DNA of 64,000 nt, taken from positions 2,833,834-2,897,833 of the forward strand of contig OZ244730.1 of NCBI GenBank assembly GCA_965219265.1, given 5' to 3'. Shown in pieces: positions 28,606 to 38,058 of the stretch. The position numbers were made by a program, and so were the translations under genes. A model generated the notes under the pieces. The model was not told the DNA's origin, ran no database searches, and saw only the letters and a program-made list of their open reading frames with translations. This stretch comes from Arenicellales bacterium (GTDB lineage: Bacteria; Pseudomonadota; Gammaproteobacteria; Arenicellales; JAJDZL01). The first letter of the stretch is position 1; each line of letters begins with the position of its first letter.

Positions 28606-31600
28606 ATGGCAACTCTAGCGAATTACGTATCAATTATCAGTCGCTTTGCGCAGTCTGTGAACCTTGATCGTGATTGTGACCAAGCAAGTTCGCTTAGTGG
28701 GTACATAGTTACAGACCGTACGCTCAGTGTCGTAGGACGGGTGGCTGAAACCGCGGCCATAGGGAAATCGGGGGGCGCATGGTCACTAACAGGCCCCTAT
28801 GGTTCCGGAAAGTCATCGCTTGCCATATTGCTTGATGCTATGTTCGGCCCATCGTCAAAAACCCGTGACAAAGCATTGAAACTGCTTGATGAAGCATCAC
28901 CGTCGGTTAGAAAGTTGATTCAAGAGTCACACTATCGGTATCGGACAAACACTAGAGGTTTTCATCGTGGTTTGGTAACCGCTTGTCGAGAACCTCTATG
29001 TTTGACGCTATTACGTGCATTGAACATAGCCGTCATCCGTAGTTACGGTAAGATTCCTCCTATTAGCAAATTCCAAGCTGCAAAATTGTTGCGGCAGGCA
29101 TTGAAAGATGCAGAGAATGACGATCCCACTACAGCGCCTTCACCAACTGCTGTAATTGAAATCGCTCGCTGTTTAGCAAAGGATGCACCATTGTTGTTAG
29201 TAATCGACGAATTTGGCAAAAATCTTGAAGCAATACGAGACGATAACAATACCGACCCATATCTACTACAACAGCTTGCTGAGGCAGGCCAAGGTTCAGG
29301 ACTGCCAATATTTATACTTACGCTTCAACATCAGTCTTTCGAAGATTATTTTGTTGGAACCAACGATTCACAACGACGAGAATGGAGTAAAGTTCAAGGC
29401 CGATTCGAAGACATTGCTTATGTTGAATCCACTGCGCAATCGCGAAAATTAATCGGATCAGTATTCGATATTGGAAACTCCGAATTGAAAGCTCGAATTG
29501 CTCGATGGGCAAATGACCGATATCGGGAATTGCAAACACTCGGTGAGAACGAACTTGCAGACCCGGATACAATTGCATCTTGCTACCCACTGCATCCGCT
29601 GACTGCGTTGGTTTTGCCGGAACTCTGCAATCGGTTTGGACAGCATGAACGCACGATGTTTTCTTTTCTAACGAGTGCCGACCCCGCAAGCGCTGTTGCA
29701 TTTATTACAAACACACCTCTTCCAAGAGGCAGGAACCTTCCATCCATCGGACTTGAGGCAATATACGATTTTTTTGTTTCAAATGGTACGCTAGCAAACA
29801 TATCTAATTGTCAATCGAGCCGATGGATAGAGATAGCTATCCGCCTTCGAGATGTATACGCCCTTTCTAGGGAACAAATTGAACTGGCAAAATCTATTGC
29901 TGTACTCAATTTAATATCCACATCTGGAACAATTCGGGCGTCACGCAAGATACTCGCTCTTACTAATAACGATGTAAGAAACAATCTAAAAAATCTTGAA
30001 TCTGCCAGCATTGTCACCTACAGGGACTATGTAGATGAATATCGTGTCTGGCAAGGAACAGATGTCGACATCAACCAACTATTAGAATTTGCTTATCAAC
30101 GAGTACAAAAGCAATCACTTGTTGAAATTCTCAAAGTTATAGACAGTCCAACACCAGTAGTAGCTGCACGCCATAGTGCACAACAGGAGACTCTTCGAGT
30201 GTTCACTAGGCGCTATACCGATGGTAACGAAATCATTGAACCCTTAGACCCGTTTTCGCCGTTTGATGGAGAGGTACTACTAGTAGTTGGAACCAAAGTA
30301 CCACGCTTGAAGCAGTGGAATGATTCTCATAAACCAGTGGTGGCTGTCGTTCCAGAAACGATTGACGTTATTGATCGCGTCGCCCGAGAGACTGTAGCAA
30401 TTCATGCTGTGTTGGATGAACCTGTCGTAACAAACGATTGGGTTGCACAATGTGAATTAAGGGAACGACTAGCACATAAACAATCCGTGCTTGAAAAAGT
30501 GTTCCATACCACATTTGGTGCGAACACAACTAAATGGACTCTGTTGGACTCCAAAGACGGAATCGTACTGCCTATTGGGCGAGGAAGTGCGGCGTTGTCG
30601 ACTGCTGCTGACAAAGCGTATCCATCAACGCCGATGATTCGCAACGAAATGGTAAACCGCACTACGCTCAGCACCCAAGGGGCGAAAGCACGACGCATGG
30701 TGCTCCAAGCAATGATCGAAAATGGTTCCAACTCAGATCTTGGGTTTGCAGGTTACGGTCCTGAAGTAGCAATTTATAGCGCAGTCTTGAAACAAACCGG
30801 TATTCATGGACGTGACCGCCGGAATGATTTCATGGTTTTTCGAAAACCTACTGAGAAAAACCTGTTTCCGGTTTGGGATGCTATTGAAGATGAATTTAGG
30901 CGTGCAAGATTCAGTCGTGTAAACGTAAGTAATATATTTGCAACGCTACTTGCACCTCCGATTGGCATGAAGGCAGGTGTTGTACCTATATTTGTGACCG
31001 CAGCATTGCTTGCTTTCCGCAATGAAGTAGCAATTTACGAGCATGGAACATTTAAACCGCTACTGACTGCAGACCTTTCAGAACGGATGGTTAAGAATCC
31101 TAGCCATTTCGATATCAAGCACTTTGCTAATAACACTGGTGCACGGCGGCAAGTGATCGATGCGCTTGTCGAATGTTTTAATCTAAAGCCAAGCTTTCGG
31201 AAACACAGAGTTGCAAATGTCCTTACGGTCGTTGGCTACTTGGTTACTACAATTCGTAAACTGGACAACTATACCATTCAGACATGTAATCTTTGTCCCG
31301 ATACGATCAAATTAAGAGACACTATATTAAGTGCTGTCGAACCTGATAAACTGCTGTTTGAAAGTCTTCCCGATGCGATTGGTCTTCAACAGATACCTGC
31401 CAGCACAAAAATTTATTTAAGTACTCGAAAATATGCAAAAAGAGTTAAGTCTGCACTTGAAGAACTCGTAGGTTGCTATGATCAACTTCTAACGGAACTA
31501 TTTGATTTTATTCTCGAAATCTGTATTGAATCGGATCGAATTTCAATTACTGGTCAGGCAGCTGCGCTAAAGAACGAAGTGCTCAATCCCCAAATTAAAA

Positions 31601-32067
31601 CTCTTGTTGGAATACTGGCTAACAATTATTTCAATAATGACGATTGGGCTAACGCCGTTGCAACCATCGTGGCTAAGAAAGCGCCGGCAGAATGGACGGA
31701 TGAAGACTTGCTTGTTTTTAGGAGTGAATTTTCGCAACAAGCTAATACCTTTCGACGTTTAGTCGCTCTTCATGCAGAACACCGAACTCATGGCGACGGC
31801 CCGTTCAATTCACTTCGAGTAGCAATTACTAAATCAGATGGTAGCGAATTCGTTGACTTGGTTGGCATTGATGAGAATTTTCGCTATGAGGCAACCAAAT
31901 TGCTCAATAGCAGTCTTGAAAAGCTAACGAAAACCACAGGGTATTCAGTGCGTCGAGCCCATAGTAATTTGTTGGCCTTGCTTTGTGAACAACTAATGTT
32001 AGAATCAGGCGATGATTTAGGCAAAAATCTGGTGGAATTTAAAAATAAGGAAGCTAAAAATGGCTAA
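28606..32067 (+). CDS. sspC: Large P-loop ATPase (SspC-like)
   Basis: Walker A LTGPYGSGKSSLA, Walker B LLLVIDEFGKNLE. The ~850 C-terminal residues have no motif I recognise. Alternative GTG start at 28558. Confidence 0.65.
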   Translation: MATLANYVSIISRFAQSVNLDRDCDQASSLSGYIVTDRTLSVVGRVAETAAIGKSGGAWSLTGPYGSGKSSLAILLDAMFGPSSKTRDKALKLLDEASPSVRKLIQESHYRYRTNTRGFHRGLVTACREPLCLTLLRALNIAVIRSYGKIPPISKFQAAKLLRQALKDAENDDPTTAPSPTAVIEIARCLAKDAPLLLVIDEFGKNLEAIRDDNNTDPYLLQQLAEAGQGSGLPIFILTLQHQSFEDYFVGTNDSQRREWSKVQGRFEDIAYVESTAQSRKLIGSVFDIGNSELKARIARWANDRYRELQTLGENELADPDTIASCYPLHPLTALVLPELCNRFGQHERTMFSFLTSADPASAVAFITNTPLPRGRNLPSIGLEAIYDFFVSNGTLANISNCQSSRWIEIAIRLRDVYALSREQIELAKSIAVLNLISTSGTIRASRKILALTNNDVRNNLKNLESASIVTYRDYVDEYRVWQGTDVDINQLLEFAYQRVQKQSLVEILKVIDSPTPVVAARHSAQQETLRVFTRRYTDGNEIIEPLDPFSPFDGEVLLVVGTKVPRLKQWNDSHKPVVAVVPETIDVIDRVARETVAIHAVLDEPVVTNDWVAQCELRERLAHKQSVLEKVFHTTFGANTTKWTLLDSKDGIVLPIGRGSAALSTAADKAYPSTPMIRNEMVNRTTLSTQGAKARRMVLQAMIENGSNSDLGFAGYGPEVAIYSAVLKQTGIHGRDRRNDFMVFRKPTEKNLFPVWDAIEDEFRRARFSRVNVSNIFATLLAPPIGMKAGVVPIFVTAALLAFRNEVAIYEHGTFKPLLTADLSERMVKNPSHFDIKHFANNTGARRQVIDALVECFNLKPSFRKHRVANVLTVVGYLVTTIRKLDNYTIQTCNLCPDTIKLRDTILSAVEPDKLLFESLPDAIGLQQIPASTKIYLSTRKYAKRVKSALEELVGCYDQLLTELFDFILEICIESDRISITGQAAALKNEVLNPQIKTLVGILANNYFNNDDWANAVATIVAKKAPAEWTDEDLLVFRSEFSQQANTFRRLVALHAEHRTHGDGPFNSLRVAITKSDGSEFVDLVGIDENFRYEATKLLNSSLEKLTKTTGYSVRRAHSNLLALLCEQLMLESGDDLGKNLVEFKNKEAKNG

Positions 32068-32908
32068 TGCACCCCGACATATTTGTGGAATATCAGGTGG
32101 CAAAGACTCAAGCGCACTCGCTGTTTATTTGAGGGGAAAAGTACCCGAAATGGAATATTTTTTTTGCGACACCGGAGCGGAATTGCCTGAAACTTACGAG
32201 TACCTCACTCGCCTTGAGGTAATTCTCGGCAAACAAATTACTCGGTTGAATTCACAACGCGGTTTCGACCACTGGTTCGAAATATTTCGCGGTACGCTCC
32301 CATCACCTCAAATGCGATGGTGCACTACAAACATGAAAATTAAACCCATTGAAGAGTGGGTTGGTGATGATCCAGTTTTCTCTTATGTTGGCATTCGTGC
32401 CGATGAAGCGAATCGCAAGGGATATATTTCAACCAAGCCTAATATTCAGACTAAATTTCCATTTATTGAAGATGAAATAAACCGCGATGGTGTTATGAAA
32501 ATTCTTTCTGATGCGGGCATTGGCCTGCCAAGATATTATGAATGGAGGACACGTTCGGGTTGTTATTTTTGCTTTTATCAACGCAAAGCAGAGTGGATTG
32601 GGCTTTCTGAGCGGCACCCTGAATTATTTGAACGCGCAATCGCAATTGAACAAAAAGTTTTACGTGATGCTGGAATTGATGGAGATGCAGATTTTACGAA
32701 TCAAGCAATGCGAGGTCGCCAATACACCTGGTCAGGTGGTGAAACCTTAGTAGAGCTCCTGTCTCGCAGGGACGAAATACTAGAGCGACACGAAGCGGCA
32801 GTATCAAATGCAAAAACAAATAGAAAAAATATTCCACTAATTGAGGCGCTAGCTGATGCCCTTGATGATGAGGACGATACAATACCATGTATGGTTTGTG
32901 CGCTTTGA
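32060..32908 (+). CDS. sspD: PAPS-reductase/PP-loop ATP pyrophosphatase family protein (SspD, DndC-like)
   Basis: PP-loop ISGGKDSSALAVYL, Cys motifs RSGCYFCFY and IPCMVCAL. 8-nt overlap with sspC (atggctaa). Confidence 0.8.
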   Translation: MANAPRHICGISGGKDSSALAVYLRGKVPEMEYFFCDTGAELPETYEYLTRLEVILGKQITRLNSQRGFDHWFEIFRGTLPSPQMRWCTTNMKIKPIEEWVGDDPVFSYVGIRADEANRKGYISTKPNIQTKFPFIEDEINRDGVMKILSDAGIGLPRYYEWRTRSGCYFCFYQRKAEWIGLSERHPELFERAIAIEQKVLRDAGIDGDADFTNQAMRGRQYTWSGGETLVELLSRRDEILERHEAAVSNAKTNRKNIPLIEALADALDDEDDTIPCMVCAL

Positions 32909-33177
32909 AGAAAATGGCCATATAAATTGTTCACTGACTATATATATTTCCGATTTGCACAACAGTCTGCAAGGGACAGTAGAAAACATCGTACATACTT
33001 GGTCAAATTTTAGGTTGACTGTATGTGAAGCATGAAGCCTTTTGTTCGAAACAGAACGAATATGACGGCTTTTCCAATTCTGATCATAACTCAATTTTGT
33101 ACATCTTTGACTGCCACTTTTTACGTCTAAGTTACTCCTGGAGTTATTGATTCTAATCCTAGCGATTTAATTGCACA

Positions 33178-35562
33178 ATGAATGACATTGAAACAAGATA
33201 CAAAACCGAAGCCACGACTTTCGGTCGCATGATGATTGAAACCCAAGGAGTAGGGTTTAAGGTTCCCGAATACCAACGAACCTATGATTGGGCAGAAGAA
33301 CATCTGAATAGACTAATTGATGATTGCTTGGATGGCTTGTACCAACTCTCCCAATCTAAAAATTATGTCCGAATTCCATACACATTCTTGGGAACAATTA
33401 TCTTAGTTAAAGAGGAGAACAAGAAAGAACCTTATTTCAATGGCAGGTCACTTGCCCTTGTTGATGGTCAACAGCGCGTGACTTCCCTAGTACTACTCTG
33501 TTGCGTGTTATATGAAAAATTGAACATTTTGAAAAATACGACCATTTACGGCGGCTTGCAAAATACTCCCGACTATATTAAAGAATGGCTTGAAGACGAA
33601 GTTGAGCATTTTTCAAGTCATCTTTTTAAATGCGCAATTGGAACACTGGAAAAGATGCACTCAGTGTTAACATACTTCCCTCGAATTATTCGCTCAGGTG
33701 ATTCAAGAGGCTACGGAACACATGCTGAATATCGCTCGAGTATCAGCATATTTCTAATGTTGTTTAATGATTACGTTAGAGATCAAAATTTTAATTTATT
33801 CTCACTTGGTCGTTCAAAAATAGGAAAGAGCAATTCAGCAGAATTCGAGAGCTTGCTGGACTCCTACGAAAAAATTAGAAAAAAACTAAATGTTCTAGAT
33901 GACGCTAATTCACAAGATTCTGAAGTTAATCTCGTAAACAAGAACAAATTCAAAGAAAAACAAACAAAAAACCTATTTCAAAAATTACACCTATTGGAAA
34001 CAAATGACAAATCTAATAAAGCGCAAACAGCCTTAAGCACGCTTTCGAAATGTAGCGAAACAGAGGGATTGGTAAGAACGATTCTGTTTTCTGCTTACAT
34101 GCTGGATTATGTCGTGTTAACGACAGTTCAAACTGATGATGAAGAATCTGCATTTGATATTTTCGATTCACTTAACACTACCGGAATTCCACTAACAGCT
34201 CTTGAGACATTAAAACCGCTTGTCGTAGATTACGAAGAAAATGTCGCAAAAATTGAATTTATTCGTTCGTATTCTTACTTGAGTTTCGATAGGATAAAAC
34301 GAAATTTGGATGATGTCGGAGCATTTAGGCTGAACAATGATAGGCGACAGAAAGCAACTAGAGATTTAATTATCTCGTTCGCACTGTACATGGATGGGGC
34401 TAAGCTAGCGCGTAATTTGAGAGATCAGCGGAAATACTTGCGGGATCATTTTCACAAATTCAATGAGGTTGAATCTAAAAGAAAGTATATAGAATCAATT
34501 GCCGATTTAGCTGAATTTCGCTATGAATTTTGGATGCGAGAAGGCAAACGTGGAAGCAATTTGAAGCTTGAAACGGTTAGTTCGCATGAGGATACGCAGT
34601 TGTGCCAATTGTGTATCACACTTATGAAAGATATGGGAATGACTTTGACTGTTCCTATTATTGCACGATATTGGCGGTGTATTATCAAACAAAACGGCCC
34701 AGATAATTCTAACCATGCTGAATTTTTAGCGGCTGTAAAAGCGATAACCGCTTACGTGGTATTACGAAGAACATATACAGGCGGTTCCGAGAGAATTGAT
34801 ACTGAACTTCGGAAGATTATGTCTAGCAATCCATATCTTGATCTTCCCCCTTTGCATTGCGGAGAAGAACTATCCGATCAAGTCTGGTCAGTTAAGCAAC
34901 TACAAGAAGTGCTTCGGCACAAACTTAGAAATTACATTTGTAGACAACCTGAACTAGAACTAGATTCCAGTATTTGGTTAGACCGTGCCAAAGAAATCAC
35001 TCTATACGAGAATAGTCAAAGTTTATGCCGCTTTTTATTGTTGGCAGCAGCCCATATGTCAATCCCAAAAAACGGAACATTAACTCGAAAAGGAGTAAGG
35101 GAAGATGACGACAAAAGTTACCTCACACTTACCGCTTGGAATGACTCCAAATTCAAGACAATTGAACATATTGCACCAAAGGAATCTACTGATGAATGGG
35201 ACGATAAGATATACAGCAAACAAAAGCAACACACGATAGGTAATCTAACTTTGCTTCCGTTGCCAGAAAATTCAAGTGTGAGTAACAAAAATTGGGAAAA
35301 GAAAAAACTGTTTTACAAAATCTGTTCTGCGGCAACAAATGAAGAACTTGACGAAATATTGGAGACTGCCAAACTACAGCAAATTTCAATAGGTGAAAAA
35401 ACAATCCAGTTCCTCAAAGAACCTAGTCGAAAGAGATTGTCAATGCTTGTTCCTATAGCTAACGCTGATCAATGGAATGCAGATTGGATTGAAAAAAGAT
35501 CGCTCAATATCCTTCAACTCGCTTGGGATATCATCGCTTCTTGGTTAGAAATAGAAAACTGA
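33178..35562 (+). CDS. sspE: DUF262 (N-terminal) + DUF1524 His-Me/HNH-like (C-terminal) nuclease, SspE / GmrSD-like
   Basis: DUF262 motifs FKVPEYQRTYDW and LVDGQQRVTSL. C-terminal IEHIAPKE...HTIGNLTLLP...NSSVSNKNWEKK. A 269-nt gap after sspD suggests its own promoter. Confidence 0.75.
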   Translation: MNDIETRYKTEATTFGRMMIETQGVGFKVPEYQRTYDWAEEHLNRLIDDCLDGLYQLSQSKNYVRIPYTFLGTIILVKEENKKEPYFNGRSLALVDGQQRVTSLVLLCCVLYEKLNILKNTTIYGGLQNTPDYIKEWLEDEVEHFSSHLFKCAIGTLEKMHSVLTYFPRIIRSGDSRGYGTHAEYRSSISIFLMLFNDYVRDQNFNLFSLGRSKIGKSNSAEFESLLDSYEKIRKKLNVLDDANSQDSEVNLVNKNKFKEKQTKNLFQKLHLLETNDKSNKAQTALSTLSKCSETEGLVRTILFSAYMLDYVVLTTVQTDDEESAFDIFDSLNTTGIPLTALETLKPLVVDYEENVAKIEFIRSYSYLSFDRIKRNLDDVGAFRLNNDRRQKATRDLIISFALYMDGAKLARNLRDQRKYLRDHFHKFNEVESKRKYIESIADLAEFRYEFWMREGKRGSNLKLETVSSHEDTQLCQLCITLMKDMGMTLTVPIIARYWRCIIKQNGPDNSNHAEFLAAVKAITAYVVLRRTYTGGSERIDTELRKIMSSNPYLDLPPLHCGEELSDQVWSVKQLQEVLRHKLRNYICRQPELELDSSIWLDRAKEITLYENSQSLCRFLLLAAAHMSIPKNGTLTRKGVREDDDKSYLTLTAWNDSKFKTIEHIAPKESTDEWDDKIYSKQKQHTIGNLTLLPLPENSSVSNKNWEKKKLFYKICSAATNEELDEILETAKLQQISIGEKTIQFLKEPSRKRLSMLVPIANADQWNADWIEKRSLNILQLAWDIIASWLEIEN

Positions 35563-35625
35563 AAGAAGTTTAGTGTCTAGCTGTCAAACAAGTGCCTCAC
35601 GGGATGAGCAAATTCTTCACCACCG

Positions 35626-36006
35626 CTACCTTGTTCTGATTGTCACTATACAGACTACTATTGGTCCCCACAACAAGCATCCGAGAGCGTAATCCTTTTC
35701 GATCAAATGTGGATAAATGTCTAAAGCCTCTGCAAGGTAGAGAATCTCTTTTTTATCAATCATGTGCAATGCCTGTAGCCATGTATTCTGGTACCCAGAG
35801 ACGCATTTTGAAATTAAGCGAGGGCAATTCAGTAGAGGGTCGATTTTTGCGTTGCCTTTTGTCATATAGGCTCGACATGCGTCTACTATAGTTTCTGTGC
35901 CATCAAGCTTTTCAGTTAGAAATCCAAGACGTTTGAAAATTGCGCCGTTGCTAAACTCTACGGCATAACTGATTAGTCGTCCCTGAATAATCAATAAATA
36001 GTACAT
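35626..36006 (-). pseudogene. Remnant of an AbiEi antitoxin C-terminus fused to an AbiEii (nucleotidyltransferase toxin) N-terminus, truncated at both ends
   Basis: FKRLGFLTEKL resembles the AbiEi C-terminal RLGYLLE block. MIDKKEILYLAEALDIYPHLIEKDYALGCLLWG resembles the AbiEii N-terminus. Only ~80 aa and ~45 aa survive of proteins that are normally ~200-300 aa each. Confidence 0.5.
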
Positions 36007-36094
36007 AACATGCTGTTTATATTAATATAATATTCCATAATCACTGTTCTGATATTGCAAGTAATGTTATAATTCATAGTTAATTCCTTGCAAT

Positions 36095-37546
36095 TTCGGA
36101 GTGAAAAATGGTCCCCGAAAAACCTTCAAATCAAACCCAGTTCGACCTGTTCTGACTGCAACTGGACAACATCATCAACCGCAATCACGAACTCTACCGC
36201 CTGGCCGAGATGATCGACTGGTCGGTGTTCGACGAAAGCTTCGGCCCCCTGTATTGCCCGAATAAGGGGTGCCCCGGCAAACCCACTCGCCTGATGGTGG
36301 GCCTGCAAATGCTGAAGCATTTGTACGGCATGTCTGACGAGGAAGTGGTCGACAGATGGGTGGAGAATCCTTACTGGCAGAAGTTTTGCGGCGAGGTCTA
36401 TTTCCAGCATCAACCTCCGATTGACCCGAGCAGTATGACCCGATATCGAAAGCGCATTGGCGAAAGTGGCTGTGAGTTGATTCTGCAGCTCACAGTGACT
36501 GTTGGAGTGACCAGTAAAGCGGTGAAACCCTCGGATCTTAAAAGAGTGACGGTGGATACCACGGTGCAGGAGAAGGCGGTGAGTTATCCGACCGACAGCA
36601 GGTTATTGAACCGCTCGCGTGAGCGGCTGGTTCGTTTATGCCGAAAACATGCCGTGGTGCTTCGCCAGAGTTATGCTCGAAAAGGACCGAAAGCCTTACT
36701 GAAAGCGAACAGATATGCCCATGCCCGGCAATATCGTCGAATGCGTCGCGAAGTCAAAACACTGCGAACCTATTTGGGACGTGTGGTTCGCGATATCGAA
36801 CGCAAGATTGCGTCAGACCCCACACGACAAGGGCAGTTTGCTGAGGAACTGTGGTTAGCGCAACGGTTGTTGAAGCAGCGACAACACGACCGGAACAAAC
36901 TCTACAGCCTGCATGCTCCGGAAGTGGAATGCCTTGCCAAGGGCAAAGCTCATAAGCAGTATGAGTTTGGAGTGAAGGTGAGTATCGCGGCGACCAACAA
37001 GAGTAACTTCGTGGTCGGCGCGATGGCTTTATCAGGTAACCCTTATGATGGACATACGTTGAGTGGAGCACTGCAGCAGGTACGTCGGATGAGCGGGCAG
37101 CGGATAGATGAGGTTTTTGTGGATCGTGGTTACCGGGGGCATGGCGAGAGTCTAAGCGAAGTGTATATTTCCGGTCAGAAGCGAGGCATCACCACGCAAC
37201 GCTTAAAGCGAAGCCTGAAACGTCGACAGGCGATTGAACCGATTATTGGTCACCTGAAGAGCGATGGATTGCTGGGTCGCAATTATCTCAAAGGCACACT
37301 CGGTGACCAGATGAACGTGCTGCTGTGCTGTGCAGGACATAATTTACGCTTGATATTGAAGCGCCTGAGGTTTTTTTGTCTCGATTTTTGGGGACGGTTT
37401 TGGGCGCCGATACGCTGTTGGGAGGGGGCAAATCGTCTCATCACGGAAATCAATTCCGGTGCACGATGGTTACAGAGTCGATCAACAAATTCGTTCGCGA
37501 CTCAATTGCTTCCAACCACGGGATAAATGGATTTTTCAGGGTCGAC
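36095..37546 (+). mobile_element. IS5-family insertion sequence (boundaries approximate)
   Basis: DDE transposase ORF. Visibly more GC-rich than the flanks. Imperfect terminal inverted repeat candidates with core TGAAAAAT (36102-36109) and ATTTTTCA (37531-37538), extended by tcg on each outer side. Confidence 0.7.
36108..37526 (+). pseudogene. IS5-family DDE transposase with an in-frame TGA at codon 16
   Basis: ATG 36108 encodes MVPEKPSNQTQFDLF, then TGA (36153-36155), then LQLDNIINRNHELYRLAEMIDW in the same frame as ORF 36210-37526. Family motifs: NPYWQKFCG, VDRGYRGH, IEPIIGHLKSDGLLGRNYLKG. A shorter product from Met 36210 remains possible. Confidence 0.7.
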
Positions 37547-37561
37547 TGATTAGCTTGTCGT

Positions 37562-37693
37562 CATTCCTTTGGGGAATGGCCGACGGTGTTTGGTGACAAG
37601 AAGATGACCGCTGCGCTGTTGGATCGGTTGACGCATCACTGCGAAATTATTGAGACCGGCAATGAGAGCTGGCGCTTCAGGAATCGAAGTTGA
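37562..37693 (+). pseudogene. C-terminal fragment of an IS21-family IstB helper ATPase
   Basis: Translates [42 protein letters not shown], the conserved IstB tail. Everything upstream is missing and is replaced by the IS5 element. Confidence 0.8.
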
Positions 37694-37729
37694 TGAAAGG
37701 TAGAAAGGAGGGTGTTTTTTCGGAAATTT

Positions 37730-37761
37730 TACTGAGCCCGAGCCTCGGTTCGGGCTCAGTA
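37730..37761. repeat. Perfect 12-bp inverted repeat (hairpin) in the IS21-remnant 3' flank
   Basis: tactgagcccga-gcctcggt-tcgggctcagta. Confidence 0.6.
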
Positions 37762-37797
37762 AAGGGGGGTCAATTTTCAATGACATTTGACACCTGT

Positions 37798-38058
37798 ACG
37801 CCGCATTGTGCCAACTTGAGCTTGGTTACTTGTTTCACAATGCATTTATTGCGAGCCATTCCAAATGCGGGCAAGTACCTGGAATTTTCGATTGAAGGTG
37901 CGGACTACTATCCATGGCAGCAGAACCTGTTCCGTGAATATCCGTATCACATCTCAGACGGTCATGCTACTTTGACGGATGCGCCAGGCTGGGGAGTTGA
38001 GAATAATTGGAGTTGGCTGGCCGATTCAATCCATCAAATCAGCGCGCTCGAAAGCTGA
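37798..38058 (+). pseudogene. C-terminal fragment of an enolase-superfamily (mandelate racemase/muconate lactonizing type) enzyme
   Basis: TPHCANLSLVTCFTMHLLRAIPNAGKYLEFS...ISDGHATLTDAPGWGVE matches the C-terminal barrel end of MR/MLE proteins. The first ~300 aa are absent. Confidence 0.55.

Noticed and set aside
29043-30731. Several 60-130-aa ORFs antisense or out of frame within the SspC-like gene
   Set aside because: They are embedded in a continuous 1150-codon ORF that carries Walker motifs, with no independent support.
36083-37569. 7-nt direct repeat ATTCCTT (36083-36089 and 37563-37569) as a target-site duplication of the IS5 element
   Set aside because: The sequences immediately inside these copies are not inverted repeats of each other, and the better IR candidates (TGAAAAAT core) lie 6-25 nt further in. 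This is probably coincidence, so the IS ends are left approximate.
37550-38058. 78-aa minus-strand ORF (37550-37786) and the full 122-aa plus-strand ORF (37690-38058) as intact genes
   Set aside because: The region is better explained as an IstB tail in another frame, an IS-end hairpin and a 3' fragment of an enolase-superfamily gene. Neither ORF is a plausible complete protein.
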